Positions 19,821-31,100 of a stretch of DNA of 64,000 nt are shown here, piece by piece. The stretch's first letter is position 1. Each line of letters starts with the position of its first letter. The stretch is from a virus. The stretch is from IMG/VR virus record IMGVR_UViG_3300042888_000580, positions 12,107 through 76,106 of that record; one strand, 5' to 3'. The notes beneath the pieces were generated by a model, which searched no databases, was not told the DNA's origin, and was given only the letters and a program-made list of their open reading frames with translations. Position numbers and translations under genes: made by a program.

Positions 19821-20763
19821 GGATATCATTGATGTAGCTGATTTAGACTGTATCTATCTTAGTTATGACGAACCGCAAAAAGAAGAATTTTGGCTTAAGA
19901 TTAAAAACATGGTTCCGTGGGCTAAACGTGTTGATGGTGTTAAAGGTAGTGACGCCGCACATAAAGCTGCCGGCAATGCAAGTGATACAGAACGTTTCAT
20001 TTTGATTGACGGCGACAACATGCCGGATGAAAGTTTCTTTAATCTACAATTAGACTTTACTGACAAAGATCCTAACTACAAGATAGCACAATATCGTTGG
20101 AAAGCTATTAATAATATTAACGGACTACGCTATGGCAATGGTGGAATGAGTTCTTGGACAAAAACTTATGTGCGTGAAATGAAAACACATGAGCATCAAA
20201 CTGAGGGTGATGTTTCACGAATTGCTGACTTTTGTTTAGACAGCAAAGATAACTTATACTGGACAATGTATGATTGCTACTCTACTACTTATCCTAATTA
20301 TACTCCGTTTCAAGCGTGGCGAGCTGGATTCAGAGAAGGAGTAAAAATGGTTCTTGACCGTGGATCAAAACCCACAGTTGACGCACTAAAAGAAACTGTT
20401 GCCAGTCGCAACTTAAACAATTTAACTATATGGCACAACATTGGTCGTGATGTAGAGAACGGAGAATGGGCCATATATGGAGCAAGACTTGGTACATACA
20501 TGACTATGCTCACTGAGTGGGATTCTGCTAACGTACAATGGTTTGATAACTATACTGTATTATGGGAAGAACATTCACATAGAGACCCTGATCGTGAATC
20601 AATATTGCTCGGTGCCGCCTTAAATGACAAATTAGGACTACCAATGAACCATTTTGATAGTGGACAAAGTAAGTTCTTCAAGCGTCACTATAGTGCTGAT
20701 AAATATAATCTCGGTCTACTTGTTAAAGAGATGGACGTTATTAGAAAAATAGAAGGATGGTAA
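19810..20763 (+). CDS. Glycosyltransferase-like protein (GT-A-like)
   Basis: RVDGVKGSDAAHKAA; FILIDGD (DxD); homologous to the C-terminal domain of 28170. Confidence 0.55.
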   Translation: MNSEDIIDVADLDCIYLSYDEPQKEEFWLKIKNMVPWAKRVDGVKGSDAAHKAAGNASDTERFILIDGDNMPDESFFNLQLDFTDKDPNYKIAQYRWKAINNINGLRYGNGGMSSWTKTYVREMKTHEHQTEGDVSRIADFCLDSKDNLYWTMYDCYSTTYPNYTPFQAWRAGFREGVKMVLDRGSKPTVDALKETVASRNLNNLTIWHNIGRDVENGEWAIYGARLGTYMTMLTEWDSANVQWFDNYTVLWEEHSHRDPDRESILLGAALNDKLGLPMNHFDSGQSKFFKRHYSADKYNLGLLVKEMDVIRKIEGW

Positions 20764-21716
20764 TGGAACACAATTATATTAAGTTAGTACACAGTAATCC
20801 CACGCACGAAGATTGGTTTGTAGTTAATTGGTGTATGGGCAATACGTGTAACTTTGAATGTAGTTACTGTCCAGAGAATCTTCATTCAGGTGATATCAAA
20901 TGGCCTAAACTAGATAAAGTTAAAGAATTCATAACACGTATAGTAGAACAAGTTGCACCACGTAAAGTGTACTTTGAGTTAACCGGTGGTGAAGTAACAC
21001 TATACAAACACTTTGTAGAGATATGCAAACACTGTACTGAATTAGGTGCCAAAGTAGGATTGATTAGTAATGGTAGTAGAACATTACGTTGGTGGGAAGA
21101 TAACAAACAATACTTTGACCACGTGTGCTTAAGCTTTCATCCAGAGTTTGCAGAAGCTGACCACTTTGTAGAAGTAGTAAAATTGTTGCATGATGATGTA
21201 CGGACACATGTAAACATTATGATGAGTCCGGATAAGTTTGACTTTTGTTATGCTGTAGCTAATAAAGTTAAAGGTATAGGTAATATTAGTATGGCACTAC
21301 AGCCCTTGATACATGATTTTGGTGACACATTGTATGATTACGATGAGTTTCAAAAAAAGATATTTGATAAACAGCATGAGTTGATTGTTAAGCATATTAA
21401 GTACACAAAGTCATTTGATTATTATCGTGGTGCTATGAAGATGATTAAAGAAGATAATACAGAAGTTGTTTCTAGCGCACATAGATTTATTAGTCAAAAA
21501 ACCAATGATTGGAGTGGGTGGAAATGTTATGCTGGTGCAGAACAGATTATTGTAGATTTGGGCGGCGATATATATCGTGGATGGTGTAGAGTAGGTGGAA
21601 AGATTGGTAACATCTTTGAAGCTTTTGAAGTACCCAAAACACCAGTTTTATGTAACAAAACAATGTGTCATTGCAATTTTGACATTATGAGCACCAAAGA
21701 ATTAGGTATACAGTAA
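20757..21716 (+). CDS. Radical SAM protein with C-terminal twitch/SPASM-like domain
   Basis: CNFECSYC; TGGE; C-terminal WKCYAG...WC...CNKTMCHC. Confidence 0.9.
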   Translation: MVMEHNYIKLVHSNPTHEDWFVVNWCMGNTCNFECSYCPENLHSGDIKWPKLDKVKEFITRIVEQVAPRKVYFELTGGEVTLYKHFVEICKHCTELGAKVGLISNGSRTLRWWEDNKQYFDHVCLSFHPEFAEADHFVEVVKLLHDDVRTHVNIMMSPDKFDFCYAVANKVKGIGNISMALQPLIHDFGDTLYDYDEFQKKIFDKQHELIVKHIKYTKSFDYYRGAMKMIKEDNTEVVSSAHRFISQKTNDWSGWKCYAGAEQIIVDLGGDIYRGWCRVGGKIGNIFEAFEVPKTPVLCNKTMCHCNFDIMSTKELGIQ

Positions 21717-21720
21717 CATA

Positions 21721-22974
21721 ATGGATAATATTAACAACAACAAGCAATTAAGAATATATGATGATAATGGAAAATTTATAAGAGTTTCTGTTGATGAAGC
21801 GATTGCAAACAGATATAATTATTGGCAGAATTGGAAATGTAGCGCTGGCGTTCAAAATTTATATATTGATTTTGACGGTAACATTTGGGTATGTAATACT
21901 GCTAGTTCATTCATAGATCGTTTCAACCATGACAATTGGAAAGAATTGTTATTCTCTAAGATTGATAAATTTGGAAAAAATATTCCATCCGAGTGGTGGC
22001 ATACGGGAGAAGAATTTCTAAAATTAGAATCAGACTTTAAAAAGAATGGCAAGGCATATAAAAAAATAATCCCAGTAACAGAAGAAAATAAAAATAATAT
22101 ACCTGGGTTTTTGGGTAATATAAATGAAAGTTTTTCTCTAGCTAAAGAGTGGTTTGTATGTCCATGGAATTCATGTAGTTGCGGTGCTGATGTAGTATTG
22201 AGCAAAGTCAAAACTAAAATGCATAGGACAACTCTTGCTGTTAACAATGAAGGATGGCATGGGCGAGACCGTACTGAAAATGATTATGTTGATAATATAA
22301 CTGATCCAGTTGCAGTTGAATTAAATTATTCTATGCCCTATCAAATTTTATGGGACCTTAGCAGAAAATGTAATTATGACTGTTCCTATTGCTGGCCCGG
22401 AGTACATAATAAAACTGATACTCATAAAGATTATGATTTACTAATACGTACTGCTGATAAGATTATTGAAGACTGGGCGCATAATAAAACCATCAGATGG
22501 AACTTTGGTGGAGGTGAACCTACATTACATCCTAACTTTTTAGATTTTGCCAAGTACCTTAAAGGTAAAAATCAGTGGACTATGGTAACTAGTAACGGAA
22601 CCAGAGATCATAAATACTGGGGGGAACTAGCAAAATATATGAATAGCATATTATTAAGTGCTCATTTTGATGGATTAACCGAATACAATGATGAAGATAG
22701 ATTTGTCAAAAACATTAAAGTAATATGTGAACATTTTGATGAACATGACGATGATCATTGGTTAGAAGTGAAATTAATGGCTCCTCCTAAATATATAGAT
22801 AGAGCATTAAAATTAAAAGAGAAAATATTAAATTTAGATTTATTAAACAGATCGGGTGCAAATGGGAGAATTAAAGGTGTTGTAAGTCTTGTTCCAATAA
22901 GAGGGATGCAAAATCCAGGAGAAGTAGTTCGGTATACTGAGCAACAACTTGAATTATTTAAAAATCAAACATAA
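21721..22974 (+). CDS. Radical SAM protein, circularly permuted (twitch-like domain at the N-terminus)
   Basis: N-terminal WKCSAG...WVC...CPWNSCSC; CNYDCSYC and GGGEPT in the C-terminal half. Confidence 0.88.
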   Translation: MDNINNNKQLRIYDDNGKFIRVSVDEAIANRYNYWQNWKCSAGVQNLYIDFDGNIWVCNTASSFIDRFNHDNWKELLFSKIDKFGKNIPSEWWHTGEEFLKLESDFKKNGKAYKKIIPVTEENKNNIPGFLGNINESFSLAKEWFVCPWNSCSCGADVVLSKVKTKMHRTTLAVNNEGWHGRDRTENDYVDNITDPVAVELNYSMPYQILWDLSRKCNYDCSYCWPGVHNKTDTHKDYDLLIRTADKIIEDWAHNKTIRWNFGGGEPTLHPNFLDFAKYLKGKNQWTMVTSNGTRDHKYWGELAKYMNSILLSAHFDGLTEYNDEDRFVKNIKVICEHFDEHDDDHWLEVKLMAPPKYIDRALKLKEKILNLDLLNRSGANGRIKGVVSLVPIRGMQNPGEVVRYTEQQLELFKNQT

Positions 22975-25298
22975 TGAAAAAAATAAACTTTGAAGAAAGA
23001 CTAAAAGATGCGGATCATTTAGAAAGAATTAATGTTGCATCTACACGAGGATGTCCAACTTATATTTTAGAAAATATGATCAAATGGGACACAATGGCAG
23101 CTGTTGTAGAGGCTGCTGCGGTTAGTTCTAAAATTGATAAATCATTTATTGAACTTGCAATATTAAGATTTCCTGAAATTGATAATACTAGATTTTGGAG
23201 TGAAAGAGATAGACGACAAAGAATAACATTAATGTCTGATGATATTGCAAAACAAGAAGAAGAAGCAACAAAGATGGTTGTTGGTGATCGGGATCAAATT
23301 ATCTTAAATCATATACTTAAAAAAGATTCAAATCTAAGTCATGCAATATCACATTTAGGAGATGAACAATCTAATGTAGATTCCGGATATATTCATAAAG
23401 AAGTTGAATGGGCAGACACTTCTAAATTTAGAATTGGACTTGTAGTGGCGCCAGCTTGGGGCAAACTATTTCCACCTTATAACCTCGCTAAACTAACAGG
23501 ATTATTGAGACACTTAGATTATAGTGTTAGAGTATACGATCTTAATATAGAATCTTTCCATCATCTTCAAGACACTACTGGAATTGATTATTGGGCATCA
23601 AATAGATATTTTTATTGGAATAGCTCGGAAAGTTTTAGCGAATTTATATTGCCCGACTTGAAGGACGTATTTGATAGAACATTATTTAATATTCTTCAAT
23701 CTAATCCTAAGGTCGTTGGATTTAGTTTGTATGATACAAACATCCATGCTAGTCTATATCTAATACGGGAATTAAGATATATGATGCCCGATGTATGTAT
23801 TGTGGTAGGAGGTCCCGGTGCTATTAGCAACGGTCATTTATTAACAACTCTTATAAATTACAAATTTATAGGAGAAGCTGAAGAAAACTTTGTAAAATTT
23901 TTGGAAGAGTTAACCGATGATAACGATGTTGGAAGCAGTCAAACTATAGGGACTGTAAATAGTAAATTAGATTTAGATGTATATCCCTATCCGGACTATT
24001 CTGATTATAATTTTAGCAATTACGAACACAGCTACGGAGTTAGTATTGAAACGTCTAGAGGGTGTGTTGCAGACTGTAGTTTTTGTGCCGAAACACATTT
24101 TTGGAAATTTAGATCAATGACTCCGGAAAGAGTAGTAGATGAAATAGAATATCAACAAAATAATTTAGGTGTTAGTAGATTTTGGTTTGTTGATAGTTTA
24201 GTTAATGGTAATTTAAAAAATTTCCAAAAACTGGTTGATCTAATATTAGAAAGAAATATTAAAATACATTGGAACTCTTATGCAAGATGTGACGGAAGAA
24301 TGACTGCTGAATTCTTACAAAAGGTTACAGATAGTGGATGCACATGTCTGAGCTATGGAGTAGAATCAGGCAGTCAAAAAGTTCTTAATGATATGCGTAA
24401 GAAGATTGACATATGGGAAGTGGAAAACAATTTAAAAGATTCTAAAGCATCGGGAATGTTTGTTCACATTAATTGGATGGTAGGATTTCCTACAGAAGAA
24501 CCGATTGACTGCTTACATAGTTTTCAATTACTATTCAATTGTAGAAATTGGATTGATAATATAAGTCCAGGTTTTGGAGCATCACCGCCCCAAAGTATTG
24601 CACACTGGGATACTAATTGGAAAGATTATGGAATGAATTGGATTGAGAAACCCTACGATAACAATTTGTTTAACTCATGGCATACTGATAATAATACTGC
24701 TATGCATAGATTTTTAAGAATAAAATTAAACCATGTGTGGTTAGATATAATCAATTATTATTCTGATTCTGCTATGATTAATGCTCAACGATATCACAAT
24801 ATACAAGATTTTTATACTTTCACCGGTACTAAAAATGTAACAGACTATGTAATATATGATCAATATGTTAACTTGAATAGAAACACAGACAATACATTTT
24901 TTGCTAGCATAACTAACGAATATTTTGCTTTGCTATACGTTATATACAAGTACTTTGGAGCTTTTACATTTACATTTAAGTGCAATGCAGAAACTGATTT
25001 TAATACTTTTGGTGATTATATTTCTAGAATGTACGACTCTGATTTAACGTTTGATATAGACTCTACTGGCAACTATAATATAAAGTTGACACATAAATTT
25101 GTCCATGATACGGTAACTCCGCACTTAAAAGAAACCTACCGATTGGAAAGAGAAAAGGTCAATTATAGCTTTGATGGTGTTTTTGAAGAAACAGGTAATA
25201 TTAATAATTGGACTGAAGAAGAAATTCAAACAAAAGAAACTGTTCACGAACAGTATAGAAATAAATCAAAAAAAGTTTTTAAAATTTCAAATGACTAA
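22974..25298 (+). CDS. Cobalamin-binding (class B-type) radical SAM protein
   Basis: PPYNLAKL and VVGFS...IVVGGP (B12-binding domain); ETSRGCVADCSFC; YGVESGSQKVLNDMRK; WMVGFPTE. Confidence 0.88.
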   Translation: MKKINFEERLKDADHLERINVASTRGCPTYILENMIKWDTMAAVVEAAAVSSKIDKSFIELAILRFPEIDNTRFWSERDRRQRITLMSDDIAKQEEEATKMVVGDRDQIILNHILKKDSNLSHAISHLGDEQSNVDSGYIHKEVEWADTSKFRIGLVVAPAWGKLFPPYNLAKLTGLLRHLDYSVRVYDLNIESFHHLQDTTGIDYWASNRYFYWNSSESFSEFILPDLKDVFDRTLFNILQSNPKVVGFSLYDTNIHASLYLIRELRYMMPDVCIVVGGPGAISNGHLLTTLINYKFIGEAEENFVKFLEELTDDNDVGSSQTIGTVNSKLDLDVYPYPDYSDYNFSNYEHSYGVSIETSRGCVADCSFCAETHFWKFRSMTPERVVDEIEYQQNNLGVSRFWFVDSLVNGNLKNFQKLVDLILERNIKIHWNSYARCDGRMTAEFLQKVTDSGCTCLSYGVESGSQKVLNDMRKKIDIWEVENNLKDSKASGMFVHINWMVGFPTEEPIDCLHSFQLLFNCRNWIDNISPGFGASPPQSIAHWDTNWKDYGMNWIEKPYDNNLFNSWHTDNNTAMHRFLRIKLNHVWLDIINYYSDSAMINAQRYHNIQDFYTFTGTKNVTDYVIYDQYVNLNRNTDNTFFASITNEYFALLYVIYKYFGAFTFTFKCNAETDFNTFGDYISRMYDSDLTFDIDSTGNYNIKLTHKFVHDTVTPHLKETYRLEREKVNYSFDGVFEETGNINNWTEEEIQTKETVHEQYRNKSKKVFKISND

Positions 25299-26601
25299 CA
25301 AAACATTTCATATTCAAGAAAGCAAAGTATTTTGCATGGCTCCGTTTATGCACATACATAATGTTCCGACAGGAGATATACTACCTTGCTGTATAAGTTT
25401 GGGCGGGAGCATGGGAAATCTATATAAAGAAAGTATTCAAGATATTTGGAACAATGAAAATTATAAAGAATTACGACAAGATTTATTAAATGATAAAAAA
25501 TCAAAACATTGTACAAGATGTTATAAAGAAGAAGAATGGGGAAGTACATCAACAATACGCCGAAGCTTTAATGATAGGTTTAAAGATTTTTATGAAGAAT
25601 TAATTGAAAATAATACTGAGACTGACGGAACAATGAGTAGTATGAAATTTCTTAAATGGGATTTCAGATTCAATAATTTGTGTAATCTAGCATGTACCGT
25701 ATGTCATCCCACGTATAGCAGTTCATGGGTACCTATTATGAAAGCCATTGATCCTAACTATGCTGAGGATCAATTTAATAGCAGTAAAAAACACAAAGAA
25801 AGCTTCATTGAAACTATAAAATCTCAAGTAAACAATGTTGAAGAAATATATTTTGCTGGTGGAGAACCGTTACTTCATACTGAACATTATGAAATACTAG
25901 AATATATTAAAGAATCAGATAGACTAGGAAAAATAGAATTTGTGTACAGTACTAATTTAACTACAATGACTTATAAATCAACTGATGTTTTAGATTACTG
26001 GAAACACATGGAAAAATTACGTGTATTAGTAAGTTTAGATGAAGTTGATGTGGATAGATTATTTTACATACGATATCCAGCCGATGCAAATAAGATATTA
26101 AAAAATATTAAACTATTAAAAGATAATTTAACAGGCAGCAATCGCCATTGGGTAATCACTCCAACATGGAGTCTGATGAATATACATCGGATAAAAGACA
26201 TATTGGAATATTTTTTAGTAAATGACCTTTTCCCGCATACGTTTTACAATACTAGTATTTGGGAATCTGATTATCATAATATTGTTTTATTATATCCCGA
26301 ATACTTTTCAATACGGTCCGCTAGTAAAGAATGGAAAGAACATTTACGTATTAAAATTTCCGAGTATGAGCAATGGTATTACAATACATTATTACCACTA
26401 AAATCCTCACAAAAATTACAGGAAGATTGTAAAAATGTATTTGATAATAGGTTAAGTATAATTAAAAATGCATTAGAAGAAACTGTTGAGTTTGATGTTA
26501 ACTGGTATATGGGTTATTTGACTAAATTAGATAAAGAAAGAAATACTGATTTTAAAAAAACCTTTCCTGAGTTACAACATCATACAGGAGAAAGGCTATG
26601 A
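25291..26601 (+). CDS. Radical SAM protein with N-terminal SPASM/twitch-like domain
   Basis: Start reassigned to ATG 25291, which overlaps the upstream stop; FCMAPF...PCC...CTRC; NLCNLACTVC; FAGGEP. Confidence 0.88.
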   Translation: MTNKTFHIQESKVFCMAPFMHIHNVPTGDILPCCISLGGSMGNLYKESIQDIWNNENYKELRQDLLNDKKSKHCTRCYKEEEWGSTSTIRRSFNDRFKDFYEELIENNTETDGTMSSMKFLKWDFRFNNLCNLACTVCHPTYSSSWVPIMKAIDPNYAEDQFNSSKKHKESFIETIKSQVNNVEEIYFAGGEPLLHTEHYEILEYIKESDRLGKIEFVYSTNLTTMTYKSTDVLDYWKHMEKLRVLVSLDEVDVDRLFYIRYPADANKILKNIKLLKDNLTGSNRHWVITPTWSLMNIHRIKDILEYFLVNDLFPHTFYNTSIWESDYHNIVLLYPEYFSIRSASKEWKEHLRIKISEYEQWYYNTLLPLKSSQKLQEDCKNVFDNRLSIIKNALEETVEFDVNWYMGYLTKLDKERNTDFKKTFPELQHHTGERL

Positions 26602-28151
26602 ATACTAGTGAATATTGGTTTGATAAACTTCACAACTGTTTTGATTCTAATGAACGAGTTGAACTTATTACAAGTACAGATTTTCCTGAATTGATTACTG
26701 CTATGATAACACATGATGTTGAATCAGAGGTTATATTAGCAGGTATGAAAAATCCTCATTGTTCAGAAGCCTCAATTGAACTAGCAAAAACAAGACTGAA
26801 TCAAATAAATCCTCAAATACAAGACCTCCCGAAAAATTCAACATTTTGTCCAATTCCATGGGTATCTACTGGCATACAACAAAACGGAGATTTAAGAATT
26901 TGTTGTCAACAAATATATCACCCGTATGGTAAACTAATAGAAAACGGGGAAATGTTAAACGTTAAAAACACTGATATAAATCAATCACGAAATAATACAG
27001 TATTTAAAGAATTACGTGCAAGTATGTTGCGCGGAGAGAAACATCCGTCATGTAATTTATGTTGGAAAGAAGAAGAAACAGGTTTATCTAGTAAAAGATT
27101 ACACAGTATTAATATGTATGGCCACGTAGAATTTATTGATAATACTGATAAAGATGGAAGTATAGATATAGAAAAATTTCCAATAAAATATATTGATATT
27201 CGTTTTGGAAATTTATGCAATTTAAAATGTAGATATTGCGGCCCAACTGATAGCAGTCTGTGGTATGACGATTTTGTTTCTATGTCATACGAGGGAGAAA
27301 AGCCTGCAACAGCCCCTATGTCTTTTTATGGTGGGAAAACTTATAATGTAATCAAAAAAAATACTAATTATACCATTGATTCTTCAGATTTTGAATGGTA
27401 TGAATCGGCTGAATTTTGGGATCAAATTGAAAAACTAATTCCCTATATTGACCGATATTATTTTACCGGTGGTGAACCGACAATTAATAAAATACATTTT
27501 AAATTACTACAAAAAATTATAGACATGGGTTACAGTAATCGGGTTCATTTGGATTACAATTCAAATATGTTTGCTATACCAAATAAGCTATATAACTTAT
27601 GGGAAAAGTTCAGATCCGTAGGAATAGGATGCAGTATAGATGCAATTGAAGATTTAGCATACTATTTACGTTATCCAAGTACTTGGGATGCACTAGAACA
27701 AAATTTAGATGTACTAGGTAACAATCCAACCAAATCTATTTACGGGACAATATCTACTACGGTAAGTATATTCAATGTATATCATTTTTTAGAAATTTCT
27801 AAATGGTTAATAGAAAAAAATTATAAAAGAATTAGAAAAACACCTAGCTATCATGTACTAGAGGGCCCGTCTCCCATGAGTATACAAGTACTACCTATTA
27901 ACGTAAAAAATCAAATACAAGAAGCATATGAAATTTTTTACAAAGAAATAGATGAAAAATATGGACTAGAAATGGGTAATATATTTAGGCATAGCTATAG
28001 TGGTTTAATCAACTATATGTTTGCTAAGGATAATAGTCATCTGTTGCCAAAGTTAGCTGAAGATACCCGTAGATTAGATAAAATTAGAGGTCATAAATTA
28101 GAAAATTATATACCATGGCTGTCTGATATATTAAATAATTATAACGACTAA
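26598..28151 (+). CDS. Radical SAM protein with N-terminal helical extension and SPASM/twitch-like domain
   Basis: FCPIPW...ICC...CNLC; NLCNLKCRYC; FTGGEP. Confidence 0.88.
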   Translation: MNTSEYWFDKLHNCFDSNERVELITSTDFPELITAMITHDVESEVILAGMKNPHCSEASIELAKTRLNQINPQIQDLPKNSTFCPIPWVSTGIQQNGDLRICCQQIYHPYGKLIENGEMLNVKNTDINQSRNNTVFKELRASMLRGEKHPSCNLCWKEEETGLSSKRLHSINMYGHVEFIDNTDKDGSIDIEKFPIKYIDIRFGNLCNLKCRYCGPTDSSLWYDDFVSMSYEGEKPATAPMSFYGGKTYNVIKKNTNYTIDSSDFEWYESAEFWDQIEKLIPYIDRYYFTGGEPTINKIHFKLLQKIIDMGYSNRVHLDYNSNMFAIPNKLYNLWEKFRSVGIGCSIDAIEDLAYYLRYPSTWDALEQNLDVLGNNPTKSIYGTISTTVSIFNVYHFLEISKWLIEKNYKRIRKTPSYHVLEGPSPMSIQVLPINVKNQIQEAYEIFYKEIDEKYGLEMGNIFRHSYSGLINYMFAKDNSHLLPKLAEDTRRLDKIRGHKLENYIPWLSDILNNYND

Positions 28152-28169
28152 ATCCAGCTAAGTAATATA

Positions 28170-31100
28170 ATGCTTAGAGATGTATTTTATTACGGTAGTA
28201 AACCAAACGTTCACCCAAGAGAAAAGTTTGCAGTTGACTTAGCTGACGCTAGACAACAATGCACCACTGAACATTTTTGGATAATCAACGAATATTGTGA
28301 TTATACAAATTTTGATTGGGATTGGGACTTTGATTTCTTGCCGGATGACGAAGTTTGGACAGGTGAACACAACAATGTATGGCCAAATAAACAAAATAAA
28401 GATAGCGGTACTTGGCTATGCTCACATCAATATAGCGATATAATTATATATCGTGCTGATGTTGAGCCTATACTCAGAAAAAATGTAAAAAATACTAATT
28501 GGGTAGTACTAGATAAAATTGATGAATTAAAGTTTGATTTTAGTTGGGAACCCAATCCATATGACCCTCCCTACATATATAAATGGGGTTGCAAATTCTA
28601 TCCTACAGAAATAAAACATTATGTAGAATATCACGTTGAGGGTGCAACTAATGTAAAATACATGCCAGAGACAGTAGAGTTATTACCTGAATGGGCTAAC
28701 TGGGTAGAAGTACAATCAGTAGATAAATCAAGTTTTGATTTTAGTTGGAGACCCGACCCACGTGAGCCTGCATATATCTATACTTGGGGTAATAAATATA
28801 TATCCTCTGAGTTAAAACCCACAGTAGAGTATCATTGTGTAGGAGCTACTGAACGAAAGTATATGGACAACTCAGTTGCTGTATTACCTGAATGGGATCG
28901 GTGGGTAATATGGAACTCTATAGATAAGTTTAATTTTGATTTTAGTTGGAGACCTGACCCACGTGAACCTGCATTTATTTATGTATTTGGTAATACGCAA
29001 TATCCAGCAGAGATTATGCCAACAGTTGAATATCATGTACCGGGTGGAACAGAATATAAGTTTATTAATGATGAATCAATGAAAGCTAAATTGTTACCTA
29101 ACAGTGCTAGATTTGAACATTTAGAAAATAGTGATGGAATAAATTATTCATGGGTTCCTGATCCATGGAGTCCTCCTTATATCTATGTTTGGGGTAATCA
29201 ATGGAATAAGCCAGAAGATAAAATATCTATACAATATGTTGTTGAGGGTGCAACAGAATACAAATACATGGAAGAACGTGCCACACGTAAACCATATATG
29301 GACAATTGGGAAATACCTCCTTATGTCATACAGAATAGTTTTGATTTCAGTTGGGAACCAAACCCGCAGGATCCAGCCTACATATATCAATTTGGCACTA
29401 TACATCAAAAGACAGGTGGTCCTCGCTATACAGTACCAGGTGCAACAGAATTAAAATACATTGATGCTGTTAAAGCACAAGTAGTAGCATGGAGATTTAC
29501 AAATTGGTTGATTCCAAAAAATGTAGATCAGGCAACATTTGATTGGAGTTGGCACCCGGATGATACAGAACCAGCATACATCTATCAATTCCCTAGTACA
29601 TGGAGTAAAACAGGTGGACCAAAGTTTACAGTTGAAGGTGCGTTTGAAACAAAATACTTAGATTACCCTATAGCAAAAGTAAAACAAGATATGACACATT
29701 GGTCTATACCTGCAGGATTAGATACTAGTGAGTTTGATTTTAGCTGGCATCCAAATATAGATGATGAGCCTTTGTTTTATCAATTTGGAACACAATGGCA
29801 AAAAACAAATGGCCCGATGTTTACTGCACCCGGCTGTGACGAAACTACTCCAATCAAATACATGGATATACTTAAAGCAAAACGTATACCTGATAAAACA
29901 AATTGGATTATACCTGCAGGATTTGATGAAACTAAATTTGACTTTAGTTGGCATCCTGACGCTACAAGCCCTCCCTATATCTATCAGTTTGGTACACTAT
30001 TAGATGATGTTCATTTAGAAGACGGACCCAAATATGTAACCCCAAACAATGATGGAACCGTTGTATTAATGGAAAACACATTATTATCAGATGAGGTAGT
30101 ACAATACCCGCAATATTATATTGACACTACATTAGAAATATTGATAGAACAACATAAGGATGAAATCTTTTGGGCATTACGTAAAAATATTAACTATACT
30201 AAATTTGATTTCATTTGGCAACCAACTAAAGAGCAAGCATTCAACATCAATACGTTTGGATCACCTGACAGTGAATTGACACAAACATACTTAGTTAACG
30301 GTAAGATGTGGCAAAAAGGTTATAGAGATATTAGTTTTATTGAAAATACAAAACTAGATGAAGAATATCTATCTAAATTATTTAAACAAGTAGATGCTTT
30401 CTTTGTAGATAAAGGAAATAAAGAATCAGCTACAAGATTTGAACAATTAAAAATACAATTTCCCACACTACAAAAGACACGTTACCTAAACAGCTGGGTA
30501 GATACAATCAATCGCTGTATCAACAAATCTACTACAGAACTATGCTGGATACTTAATAGTGAATTAGATTATACCAACTTTGATTTCAACTATTATCCTA
30601 ATCCATGGCAAATGACAATGGTACATGTGTTTGGAACTCAATGGAGTCATTGGGGCAGTACGTTTATGGTTAATAAAGAAACATTTGCAGAAGATACAAA
30701 ATATGTAAAAATTATAGAACACTTGAGTAATCTAAACTTTGTCAAAACAAAACGTGCTATCGCTAGCAATTGTTTATATGATGTTTACTTAATTGACTAC
30801 AGTAATGACGGAGTTACTGATATAGTGTCATTGATTGAAAGTAAGACTAAACGTGAAAATGTTTACACAATCAAATATGAAACAGATTACTTAACCACAT
30901 TGAAGAACATGTTGTATGAGTTAGGTATTAAAAAGGACCATTACATCTGGGTATGTAGTTCAATTTGTGATTACACTAACTTTGACTTTACTTATATATG
31001 TGATCCATTCTCTTTAGAGCAATTGCATGTATTTCCTAGTGACAAACAAAAGTTTGGTGACACATTCTTCATCAATGTAAACAAGTTACGTATTCTTGTA

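Noticed and set aside
25171-25290. Extended N-terminus of the 476-aa ORF-track call
   Set aside because: It would overlap the upstream gene by about 128 nt; ATG 25291 gives the usual short coupling.
17646-28151. RiPP cluster with a precursor peptide
   Set aside because: No convincing precursor, RRE domain, protease or transporter is seen, and the glycosyltransferase context fits better. It is not strictly excluded.
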